Source: Longimicrobiales bacterium (GTDB lineage: Bacteria; Gemmatimonadota; Gemmatimonadetes; Longimicrobiales; Gaopeijiaceae). From it: a stretch of DNA of 64,000 nucleotides. Below, piece by piece: positions 41,801 through 49,735 of the stretch. The notes beneath the pieces were generated by a model. The model was not told the origin of the DNA and searched no databases. It saw nothing but the letters and a program-made list of their open reading frames with translations. Position 1 is the first letter of the stretch, and the number at the start of each line of letters is the position of its first letter. The stretch is from positions 1,888,001 through 1,952,000 of the forward strand of contig OZ241892.1 in the NCBI GenBank assembly GCA_965203485.1, written 5' to 3'. The translations under genes were made by a program, and so were the position numbers.

Positions 41801-42523
41801 ATCGACATGACGCACGCCATCGACGGGTACCCGGGCATCGAGCACAACCTCCCGATCACGCCGATCTACTCGGACGTGGTGGAGCTGTTCAAGGCGTCGG
41901 GCACGACCAACTCGCCCACGTTGCTCGTGTCCTACGGCGGGCCGTTCGGCGAAAACTGGTTCTACGCCACCGAAGACGTGCACGACGATCCGAAGTTGAA
42001 CGTCTTCGTGCCGCGCGAAAACATCGACGCCCGGACCCGGAGACGCGGACCCGGCGCTGGAGGAAGTCCGGGAGGAGCGGGCTGGTTCCTCGAGGAGGAG
42101 CACGTCTTCCCCCGTCACGCCGAGTTCGTCAAGCAAATGCTCGAGGACAGCGCGCGGGTGGCGGTCGGCAGCCACGGCCAGCTTCAGGGGCTCGGGTATC
42201 ACTGGGAGCTCTGGGCGATGGCGGCCGGGGGCGCGTCGAATCACGACATGCTGCGAGCCGCCACGATCCTCGGCGCGGAAGCGATCGGCTTCGGCGACCA
42301 GATCGGGAGCATCGAGAAGGACAAGTTCGCCGACATCGTGGTGCTCAACGGCAACCCGCTGGACGACCTGCGCAACTCCGCCGACATCCGCTACGTCATG
42401 AAGGACGGACGCCTCTACGACGGCGCGACTCTGGACGAAGTGTACCCGGAGCCCCGGACGCTGGAGCGGCAACGCCCCCCGGAAGCGCACGCGACCGAGG
42501 TTTCGAGCGGCATCCGCCGATAG
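38798..42523 (+). CDS. Exported PD40/TolB-repeat plus amidohydrolase protein, copy 2, with acidic insertion
   Basis: ATGA overlap with copy 1; same architecture (PGYVDTHYH, GSHGQLQG, GSIEKDKFADIVVL). Confidence 0.9.
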   Translation: MSGGEGRAWTRKAAALAVLAAACWPAAGEAQGPRRSENPLPLRADRTAEFTATEGTWISLDVSPDGQTIVFDLLGDLYTVPVGGGEASPLLVGMAYETQPRFSPDGETVAFVSDRSGGDNLWTMRLDKTDTTQVSRGNGNLFLSPEWAPDGDYIAVSRSPGLGGSAKLFLYHAERGSPLAVGNHAGTVKMIGAAFSPDGRHVWYARSFGDWEYNAVLPRYQLARYDRETGTTTTATNRYGSAMRPAVSPDGRWLVYATRYDADTGLRKRDLESGDEEWLAYPVQRDEQESRAPLDVMPGYAFLPDGSAIVVSYGGKIWNVPMDGSDPAEVAFEAPVELAVGPEVKFGYQFDTTAMVTASQIRNPVASPDGSRVAFTAFDRVWTKSMDDADAEAQRLTEADVGEFHPQWSPDGRWIAYATWDDSDGGHLMKAPAGGGAPVRLTAAAALYYNVAWSPGGDRIVASRGAARQLKEASGAFFGPLGGEFVWVPSEGAAPVEATLISPTGLRDAAHFVQDDPDRIYAYSPVEGLVSFRWDGTDVERHLVVRGRQGLAGIGDPHGDAWEYLPRRVFPWRKRPAGTGTPADGDVDPPAEPGGIAPAGLIMASPQGGRAFVQIGRDVYVVELAELGESPPTVNLVNLGASPLPVRKLTGIGGEFPSWAADGGSVHWAMGAVLFSYDLQEVEAEEAEEEETAHARALLRVRAAAVSDTLEDKRAEADSLEKAGEDVPEELEDEIRRLAADSVQVGADSLAARADSIRMAAEELAEKAAAVRDGDDEALADSTETYEARERKIEAKMPRDVPRGTIALRGGRVVTMASPPEGDSTGEPHVIENGVVVVEDNRIVAVGPADSVEIPDSAQVVDVSGKTLAPGYVDTHYHAQWLVPEIHPEEVWQYLSTLSYGVTTTRDPQTASTDILSYADRVNTGGMTGPRIYSTGPGVFLGENIRDADHAKSVLRRYAQYFDTKTIKMYMTGNRQQRQWIIQAARELELMPTTEGGLDFKIDMTHAIDGYPGIEHNLPITPIYSDVVELFKASGTTNSPTLLVSYGGPFGENWFYATEDVHDDPKLNVFVPRENIDARTRRRGPGAGGSPGGAGWFLEEEHVFPRHAEFVKQMLEDSARVAVGSHGQLQGLGYHWELWAMAAGGASNHDMLRAATILGAEAIGFGDQIGSIEKDKFADIVVLNGNPLDDLRNSADIRYVMKDGRLYDGATLDEVYPEPRTLERQRPPEAHATEVSSGIRR

Positions 42524-42572
42524 GCTCGAAACCCGTGGCGGCCCGGCGCCGACGAGCGAGAGGACGAACACG

Positions 42573-43409
42573 GTGAACCTGCCCCAACCGCAGCCCGGCG
42601 AGAACGGAGGAATGCGCGGCAAGCGCGCAACGGGCTATCCCGTCTCGGAAGAGGCGTTGCCGCCCCACGACATGAGGTCGGGGAGATACCGGCTCACCTT
42701 CGCGCGCTCCATGGAGCAGGTGCGAGCCCTGCAGCGGCTTCGCTTCGAGGTCTTCAACCTGGAGCTCGGGGAGGGGCTGAAGGAGTCGTTCGCGTCCGGG
42801 CTGGACGAGGACGACCTCGACGAGGCGCTGCACCACATCCTCATCATGGACGACCGCGCCGGGGAAGCCGTGGGCACCTACCGGATGCAGACAGCGGCGA
42901 TGGCGGCGGCGAACTGCGGCTTCTACTCGGCGCGCGAGTTCGACATTTCGGGGTTCCCGCTGTCGGTCGTGGACGACGCCGTGGAAGTGGGCCGGGCCTG
43001 CATCGCCAAGGACCATCGCAACCGAAGGGTCCTGCACTTGCTGTGGCGCGGCTTGGCGCGCTATTTGACATGGACGCGCAAGCACCACCTGTTCGGCTGC
43101 TGTTCGCTCAACACGCAGGACGGCCACGTGGGCAACCTCGTCCATGCGCGGTTGGTCGAGGAGGGACACCTTCACCCGACGGCGCTCGCCTGGCCCTTGC
43201 CGGGCTTCGAATGCGGACTTCACGGCCACCGCACCGACATGGCGGAGGACGCGACCAAGATCCCGCCGCTGTTCGCGAGCTACCTCAACCTGGGCGCCAA
43301 GATCTGCGGGCCGCCCGCAGTGGACCGAGAGTTCGGCACGATCGACTTCCTGGTCGTGCTGGACATCCGCGAACTCGAGACGCATGTCCGGCGCAGCTTC
43401 TTCCGTTAG
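42573..43409 (+). CDS. GNAT-family N-acyltransferase, OlsB-like (acyl-ACP:amino acid N-acyltransferase)
   Basis: LQRLRFEVFNLELGEGL, GLDEDDLD, VGTYRM, FYSAREFD, EVGRACI..DHR, LFGCCS, IPPLFASYLNLGAKICGPPA.DREFGTIDF motifs; start is 42573 (GTG) or 42612 (ATG). Confidence 0.9.
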   Translation: MNLPQPQPGENGGMRGKRATGYPVSEEALPPHDMRSGRYRLTFARSMEQVRALQRLRFEVFNLELGEGLKESFASGLDEDDLDEALHHILIMDDRAGEAVGTYRMQTAAMAAANCGFYSAREFDISGFPLSVVDDAVEVGRACIAKDHRNRRVLHLLWRGLARYLTWTRKHHLFGCCSLNTQDGHVGNLVHARLVEEGHLHPTALAWPLPGFECGLHGHRTDMAEDATKIPPLFASYLNLGAKICGPPAVDREFGTIDFLVVLDIRELETHVRRSFFR

Positions 43410-44163
43410 GGCCGCGCTTCGAGTTCCGGCGCTCTTCGCGTGGACCGCCTCGGCGGCCGCGGCGCTTGCGGCCGCATGGTTTCCGACGCTGGCGGCGCGC
43501 TCCGGCCCAGCGAGGCGAGCGCGCGTCCGCCGGGCAGTGCATCGCGCGTGGGGACGCGGCGCGCTGGCCATCCTCGGCGTGCGGGTCGAGCGGTCGGGCA
43601 CGCCTCCGCCCGCTGGCCACTTGGTGGTGTCGAACCACTTGAGCTACCTGGACATCATCGTGCTGGGCTCGCTGCTGCCGGTCGTCTTCGTCTCGAAGTC
43701 GGAGGTGCGGAACTGGCCGTTCGTGGGACTGGTCGCCACGATGGCCGGGACGATCTACATCGACCGGAGCCGCAAGCGCGACGCCCTGCGCGTGCTGGCG
43801 AAGATGCAGACGGCGCTCGACCGGGGCGACGCCGTGGTGATCTTCCCCGAGGCCACCAGCACGGACGGCGCCACGATCCTGCCGTTCCGCTCTTCCCTGC
43901 TCGCCGGCGCGGCCCGGGCCGGCACGCCCGTGCGGTGGCTCACGCTGTCCTACCGAACCCCGCCCGGCGCCCCTGCCGCCCGCGACCGCGTGTGCTGGTG
44001 GGGAGACGCCGGCTTCACGGGGCACTTCCTGAGGCTGTGCGGGCTTCCGCGCATTGCCTGCACCGTGCACTTCGGCGAGTCGGCCGTTCGCGCCGACGAC
44101 CGCAAGGCGCTGGGCATGCGTCTTCGCGACGCCATGATGCGGAAGTTCCAGCCCGTTGCCTGA
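43384..44163 (+). CDS. PlsC/OlsA-like lysophospholipid (lyso-aminolipid) O-acyltransferase
   Basis: SNHLSYLD (HX4D), FVSKSEVRNWP, YIDR and IFPEATS motifs; overlaps the 3' end of the GNAT gene. Confidence 0.92.
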   Translation: MSGAASSVRAALRVPALFAWTASAAAALAAAWFPTLAARSGPARRARVRRAVHRAWGRGALAILGVRVERSGTPPPAGHLVVSNHLSYLDIIVLGSLLPVVFVSKSEVRNWPFVGLVATMAGTIYIDRSRKRDALRVLAKMQTALDRGDAVVIFPEATSTDGATILPFRSSLLAGAARAGTPVRWLTLSYRTPPGAPAARDRVCWWGDAGFTGHFLRLCGLPRIACTVHFGESAVRADDRKALGMRLRDAMMRKFQPVA

Positions 44164-44689
44164 CGGCCCCGGCGGGCAGATCGCATCGAATCTGGCCCTG
44201 CTCGACCAGGCGGAGGCCGCGATCGAGAGGCTGGCCGACGGCTTGGCCGCGCCCTCGGCGATCGGGCGGGCGACGGCGGGCGCTCACTTCCGCCACGTCT
44301 TCGACCATTACCGGTGCCTTCTCGTCGGTCTAGCGTCCGGCCGAGTCGACTACCACGAACGCCAGCGCGACCAAGGCGTCGAGTCCGATCCGGAGCGCGC
44401 GCTCGAGGCGTGCCGGGCTTGCCGCGAAGCGCTGTTGCGGGACGCGCCGAGCCGCCTGGACGACGCGATCCGGGTCCGCACCGGCGCCGATCCCGCGCGG
44501 AAGGACTGGGCAACCACCAGCGTCAGGCGGGAACTCGCGTTCTGCGCGAGCCACACGCTGCATCATCTTGCCATCGTCACGATGATCGCCCGCGAGAGAG
44601 GCGTGGACCTCGACGAGACGCTGGGGGTGGCGCCCTCCACGGCCGCGCATCGCAACGCAAGACCGGTCGCCGCGGCAACGGACCGCTGA
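44156..44689 (+). CDS. DinB-family protein
   Basis: GAHFRHVFDHY, VDYHERQRD and RELAFCASHTLHHLA His-rich four-helix-bundle motifs. Confidence 0.85.
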   Translation: MPDGPGGQIASNLALLDQAEAAIERLADGLAAPSAIGRATAGAHFRHVFDHYRCLLVGLASGRVDYHERQRDQGVESDPERALEACRACREALLRDAPSRLDDAIRVRTGADPARKDWATTSVRRELAFCASHTLHHLAIVTMIARERGVDLDETLGVAPSTAAHRNARPVAAATDR

Positions 44690-44690
44690 C

Positions 44691-45485
44691 TTGTGCACCA
44701 TCAGCTGGCTTCCCGCACCGGACGGCTACCGGGTGTGGATGAACCGAGACGAAGCGCGCACGCGGCCGCGGGCTCGGGCGCCGCGCGTCTTGCGGCTGCC
44801 CGCCGGCCCGGCCGTGGCGCCGCGCGACCCTCGCGGAGGCGGGTCCTGGATCGGGACGACCGCGGCGGGCATGACGCTGGCCCTGGCCAACGCCTATCCC
44901 GCGCCCGCGCCGCCCGCCCCGAAGGCGCCGGTGTCGCGGGGCCTCCTGCTGATGGAGGCGCTGGAGCGCGCGGGCGGCGCGGCGGTTCGGCGCTGGATGG
45001 GCGCGAAGGACCTCTCGCCTTACCCGCCCTTTAGCATCTCCGTCTTCGAGCCGGGTGCGCCAGCCGCGACCCTGGGCTGGGACGGCCGCCGGGTGTCGGA
45101 GAGGCGGACGGACGAAGCCGGCCTCGTCGCGACTTCGTCTTCTTGGCGCCCGGCCGAGGTGGCCCGGACGCGGGCGGCCGTCTTCAGGATGTGGGCGCAG
45201 GAGCACGGAGGGTTCTCCTCGGCCGCGCTGGACCGCCTGCACGCGAGCCGCGAGCCCGCGCCCGGCCCGCACGCCGTGTCGATGGAGCGGCGCGACGCGT
45301 GCACGGCCAGCTTGAGCGTCGTCGAGGTTTCCGCGTCGACCGTCCGGTTCTGGTACGTGGACGGGCCGCCGCACTGCACCGCGGCCGGGCCGCCGGGCTC
45401 GCTGCCGCGAAGGAGGGCCGCCGCAGACGGGCCGACGGCAACCATGCGAGCCAGCCGCCGCCCGGTCCTGGTCGGCCGTCGATAG
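44691..45485 (+). CDS. NRDE/TANGO2-family protein (Ntn-hydrolase-like fold)
   Basis: Starts MCT; NRDE motif; PRDPRGGGSWIG, SRGLL and YPPF; TTG start 1 nt after the DinB stop. Confidence 0.88.
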   Translation: MCTISWLPAPDGYRVWMNRDEARTRPRARAPRVLRLPAGPAVAPRDPRGGGSWIGTTAAGMTLALANAYPAPAPPAPKAPVSRGLLLMEALERAGGAAVRRWMGAKDLSPYPPFSISVFEPGAPAATLGWDGRRVSERRTDEAGLVATSSSWRPAEVARTRAAVFRMWAQEHGGFSSAALDRLHASREPAPGPHAVSMERRDACTASLSVVEVSASTVRFWYVDGPPHCTAAGPPGSLPRRRAAADGPTATMRASRRPVLVGRR

Positions 45486-45512
45486 CGCTCTCGGACGAAG
45501 CGCGCCAAGCCG

Positions 45513-48284
45513 ATGCGCAAGGACGGCGACGGGCACGCCGTGGCCCCGCCAAGCCGACGCCCCGCGACCGGCGCGCGAAGGCGCGCCAAGCGCTGCCTTC
45601 TGCTGGGCTACCTCGTGCTCTTGGGCGCGTCCCACGTCGTCCGCTGGCCCTCCGCCGAGCCCCAGCCGCGCCCAGACCAGCGGGTGCGGCAAGTGGAAGG
45701 GCATCCGGCCACCGGCTTGCCCGTCGACATCGCCTACCGGCAGTGGGCGCCGCCGGACTCGGCTTCGGCGGCAGGACGCCCGATTCTGCTCGTTCACGGC
45801 AGTCCCGGCTCGGGATCCGCCTTCGCGGCGCTGGGTCCGCTCCTCGGCGAGCGGCGGCGAACGCTGGCGCCGGACCTGCCCGGGTTCGGCGCGTCCACGC
45901 GGAGCGTGCCCGACTACTCGATCCGCGCGCACGCGGCCGTCGTCCTCCAATGGCTCGACTCGCTCGACGTCGGCCAAGTCCACGCCGTCGGCTTTTCCCT
46001 GGGCGGCGGCGTGGCCCTCGAGATGCACCGGGCCGATCCCGCGCGCATCGCCTCGCTCACGCTGCTCTCGGCCACCGCGGCCCAGGAGTTCGAGCTGCTC
46101 GGCGACTACTACCTCAACCACGCCGTGCACGGCCTCCAGCTCGCGGCCCTCTGGTCCCTTCGCGAGCTGCTGCCGCACTTCGGCGTCCTGGACGGCGGCT
46201 TCCTCACGCACGCCTACGCCCGCAACTTCTACGACACCGACCAGCGCCCGTTGCGCGACATCCTGTCCGGCTACCCCGGTCCCGTCCTCGTCGTCCACGG
46301 CGAACACGATCCGCTGGTTCCCGCCGAGGCCGCGCGCGAGCACCACCGCATCGCGCCTCAGTCCGAGCTGGTCATGTTGTTCGACGCGGATCACTTCATG
46401 GCCTTCCGGTCCCCCCGCCGCGTAGGACCTCCGATCCTGGACTTCGTCGACCGGGCCGAGGCCGGCGCTGCCGTCGCGCGGGCCGCGGCCGACCCCGAGC
46501 GCGTCCGCGCCGCCGAGGCGCCGATCGGTCCCCTGCCCGCCGTGTCGGGCTTGGCGCTGGCCACCACGCTTCTGCTGATCGCGCTGGCGACGTTCGTGTC
46601 CGAGGACTTGGCGTGCATCGGCGCGGGCCTGCTGGTGGCACGAGGTTCCCTGCCCTGGTTGCCCGGTGTCGGCGCGTGCTTCGTCGGCATCTTCCTGGGC
46701 GACCTGCTCCTGTACGCGGCGGGACGCCTCGCAGGCTCGACGGTCGTGAAGGCCGCGCCGCTCAAGTGGTTCGTGCACCCGGAAGACCTGGTGCGGTCGG
46801 GCCGCTGGTTCACCGAACGGGGGTCCGCGCTCGTGATGTGGGGGCGCTTCGTGCCGGGCACGCGGTTGCCGACGTACGTGGGCGCGGGCGTGCTGCGCGT
46901 CTCCTTGGCGCGATTCGCTTTGTGGGCGCTCGTCGCCGCCGCGCTGTGGACTCCGTTGCTCGTGGGCGCTTCCACCCTCTTCGGGACCGCCTCGGCCACT
47001 TGGTTCCAGGAGTTCCGCGAGAGGGCGTTCCCCTGGCTGGCGGTGACCGCCGTGGCAGCGCTGCTCGCGTTCCGGACGGTGGCGGCCCTCTCGAGCAAGG
47101 CGTCGCGCGCTCGTCTCGCCGCCCGCTGGGACCGCCTGCGCCGGTGGGAGTTCTGGCCCGCATGGGCGTTCTACGCGCCGCTGGCCGCTTGGGTGGCGTG
47201 GCTGATGCTTCGCCACCGGTCGCCGACGCTGTTCACCGCCGCCAATCCCGGGTTTCCGCACGGCGGACTGGTCGGCGAGTCCAAAGCCCAGATCCTGGCG
47301 TCGTTCGCCGCGCAGGAGCGCGTGGCCGAGACGTGGTTGCTGGACCCCCGCGACGGAACGCCCGCGCGTCTAGTGGCTGGAACCCCCGCGGCCGAAGCGG
47401 GGCGCACGGCGGCCACACCCCGTCTGGACGGGTTGGGCCAGCACATGGGTCTTCCCGCTGGCGAAGGTGCGAGCGCAACGCGGGCCGGCCCGGCGGACTC
47501 CGGCGAGGCGAGCGAACGCGCGGCGGACGGACCATGGACGTTCCCCTTGGTGGTCAAACCGGACGTGGGAGAGCGCGGCGCGGGCGTCTCCGTGGTGCGG
47601 AGCCAAGCCGAACTCGAACGCGACTTGGCGTCCAGGCGCTCGCGCGTCCTGCTGCAAGCGTACGTGCCGGGCGATGAACTCGGCATCTTCTACTACCGCA
47701 TGCCCGGCGAGACGCGCGGCCACGTCTTCGGGATCACCGAGAAGCGCCTTCCGGCCGTGACCGGCGACGGGCGCAGCGCCGTAGGCGATCTCATCTGCCG
47801 CGACCCCCGCCTCCGCTGCCAGGAGCGCACCCTTCGCCGCGGCCTGGGCGAGAGGGCGAACTACGTCCCCGCCGCAGGGGAGACCGTCGCGGTGGGCCAA
47901 CTGGGCAACCACTGCTTGGGTTGCGAGTTCCTCGACGGCGCTCGCCTGGGCACGCCCGCTCTCGCGGCCGCCGTCGACCAAGTCAGCCGCGGCGTGCCCG
48001 GCTTCCACATCGGACGCTACGACGTCCGAGGCGACCTGGACGACATGCGCGCCGGCCGCTTCCGCGTCATTGAACTCAACGGCGTATCGTCCGACGCCAC
48101 CAACGTGTACGACCCCCGCAACTCGCTGCGCACCGCCTACCGCACGCTGTCGCGCCAGTGGGCGATCGCCTTCCGCATCGCCGCCGCCAACCGCCGCCGG
48201 GGCCATCCGCCCTCCGGTCTCCTCGCCGTGCTCGCCTCCCTGGCCCGCCACTTCCGCCCGTCCGGCGCGAGGTGGGCGCCGTGA
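45513..48284 (+). CDS. Fusion: TM anchor, alpha/beta hydrolase, DedA/VTT membrane domain, ATP-grasp ligase
   Basis: Hydrolase: LVHGSPG, PDLPGFG, GFSLGG, HGEHDPLVP, DADH. DedA: TFVSEDL, GDLLLYAAGR, GRFVPGTR. ATP-grasp: VVKPDVGERGAGV, LLQAYV, VTGDG, GRYDVR, IELNG. Confidence 0.88.
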   Translation: MRKDGDGHAVAPPSRRPATGARRRAKRCLLLGYLVLLGASHVVRWPSAEPQPRPDQRVRQVEGHPATGLPVDIAYRQWAPPDSASAAGRPILLVHGSPGSGSAFAALGPLLGERRRTLAPDLPGFGASTRSVPDYSIRAHAAVVLQWLDSLDVGQVHAVGFSLGGGVALEMHRADPARIASLTLLSATAAQEFELLGDYYLNHAVHGLQLAALWSLRELLPHFGVLDGGFLTHAYARNFYDTDQRPLRDILSGYPGPVLVVHGEHDPLVPAEAAREHHRIAPQSELVMLFDADHFMAFRSPRRVGPPILDFVDRAEAGAAVARAAADPERVRAAEAPIGPLPAVSGLALATTLLLIALATFVSEDLACIGAGLLVARGSLPWLPGVGACFVGIFLGDLLLYAAGRLAGSTVVKAAPLKWFVHPEDLVRSGRWFTERGSALVMWGRFVPGTRLPTYVGAGVLRVSLARFALWALVAAALWTPLLVGASTLFGTASATWFQEFRERAFPWLAVTAVAALLAFRTVAALSSKASRARLAARWDRLRRWEFWPAWAFYAPLAAWVAWLMLRHRSPTLFTAANPGFPHGGLVGESKAQILASFAAQERVAETWLLDPRDGTPARLVAGTPAAEAGRTAATPRLDGLGQHMGLPAGEGASATRAGPADSGEASERAADGPWTFPLVVKPDVGERGAGVSVVRSQAELERDLASRRSRVLLQAYVPGDELGIFYYRMPGETRGHVFGITEKRLPAVTGDGRSAVGDLICRDPRLRCQERTLRRGLGERANYVPAAGETVAVGQLGNHCLGCEFLDGARLGTPALAAAVDQVSRGVPGFHIGRYDVRGDLDDMRAGRFRVIELNGVSSDATNVYDPRNSLRTAYRTLSRQWAIAFRIAAANRRRGHPPSGLLAVLASLARHFRPSGARWAP

Positions 48285-48590
48285 GGACGGCCGGCGGAGC
48301 GACAAGCGCGGCCGGTCCCACACCCACGCGCCGGCAGCCGATCTCTCCCCTAGGCTCCACTTGCCCGCTGGGCTCGACGCGGCCCTCACGTCCCGGTAGA
48401 CCGTCTTCCATGAGGCGGCACGGGTTGTGCGCGGGAGTGCTCGCACACCTCGCTTCGGCACCGGCGCCCGGCCGCGGGAACTTTCTCGCGGGCTCTGGTG
48501 CAGCAGGGGGTACGGGCGGAGATTGCGCCGGGGAATCTCTCGGCTCCGCCCGTGCGGCAATCCATCGATCAATCCAAGGAGAGCAGCAAC

Positions 48591-49724
48591 ATGAAGTACG
48601 CGAAGCTGAGCATTCTCGCGGCCGCCGTGCTGGCGGCGGCCTGCGACGAGGCCGCGCGCCCCGTCGCTCCGTACGACCCGGCCGAGCCCACGCTGGCGGA
48701 CGCCGACCTCCCCGAGCTGGCCTAGGCCGTCTCGAAGGGGCTGGCCGAGCCCGCCGCCCGCCGGAGCATCCTGGCGGCGATGCGCGCGTCGCGCGCCGTC
48801 GAGCACCGGCTGATCCTGGCCGACTACCTGCGCAGCCCCGAGGGCGCCGGCTTGCTGGCCGGAGCCTCGCAGGCGTTCGGCGGCGGCGGCGGCGAGTTGC
48901 TGGCGCGCGTGGACAGGCTCCGGCAGGTGGCTGAAGTGGTCATCGCCGTTCCTCTGCGCGAGCACCGGCTCAACTGGCGTGGCTCCGCCGACGTCGGCGT
49001 CGCTGGCGCGTGGGACTCGGACGCGCTGGGATTCGTCGTGCACGAGCCCGGCGGCGGCAAGCGGAAGGCCGGGACGGTGGAGGCGCTCGAGGGCTACGAC
49101 GCCTTCTTCCTGATCCGGCCGCAGGAGAGCTGGGGCACGCGGATCGGCCGCCAGCCGGAGGGTCCGGGCCCGGTGATTCAGGACCCTGGCGACGGCGAGC
49201 ACGCGGTCGTGTGGACCTACGAGGAGGAGGGCAAGCCGCCGGTGTCGGTGGACTACGGGCTGTACGACTCGGACGAAGCGCTGGAAGCGGCCATCGCGAC
49301 GGCCGCGGGCTTGCCTATGGTGGCGGCTTGCGATGGCCGAGCGGGCGGTTGCACGGGGGGTGGTGGCGGCAGGACTGATTCCCTGCCGGGCACGTACCTG
49401 AAGAGGCTTCAGTTGCTCGTCCCTGGCGACAACGTCGGAACTGCTGAGGTCGAGGTCACGGTCGGCTACCGTATCCCACGGGGATCCCATGTTCGCGGAA
49501 CAGTCCGCAAGACGGGGATAAGGATGGGGAGGATATACGAGTTCAACCAGTTCGTCCTCACCGATATTCCACGTCCCGGTGGGCTATTGTTCTATGCGAG
49601 AGCAGTGGAAACCGATCCTTGGTGGGCCGGCGGCGACGACGACCTCGGTTACGCTCGCTTCGGTCATGCAGAGGGAGGGGTCGACCTGCACCTCCGCAAG
49701 ATCAACATCTCGCTCAGCTGGTAG
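48591..49724 (+). pseudogene. Hypothetical lipoprotein interrupted by an in-frame TAG at 48723-48725
   Basis: AAGGAG RBS; MKYAKLSILAAAVLAAAC lipobox; the frame continues through the TAG (ELA*AVSKGLAEPAARRSILAAMR) into track ORF 48780..49724. Confidence 0.75.
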
Positions 49725-49735
49725 GAGGCGGAGCA

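Noticed and set aside
35291..42523. 2410-aa ORF as a single gene
   Set aside because: The N-terminal half is an Arg-rich off-frame reading of amidohydrolase copy 1; the real gene starts at 38798 with its own signal peptide.
48723..48725. TAG as programmed pyrrolysine or recoded stop
   Set aside because: No pyl machinery is seen, TAG terminates many other genes in the window, and a CAG>TAG change or base error is simpler.
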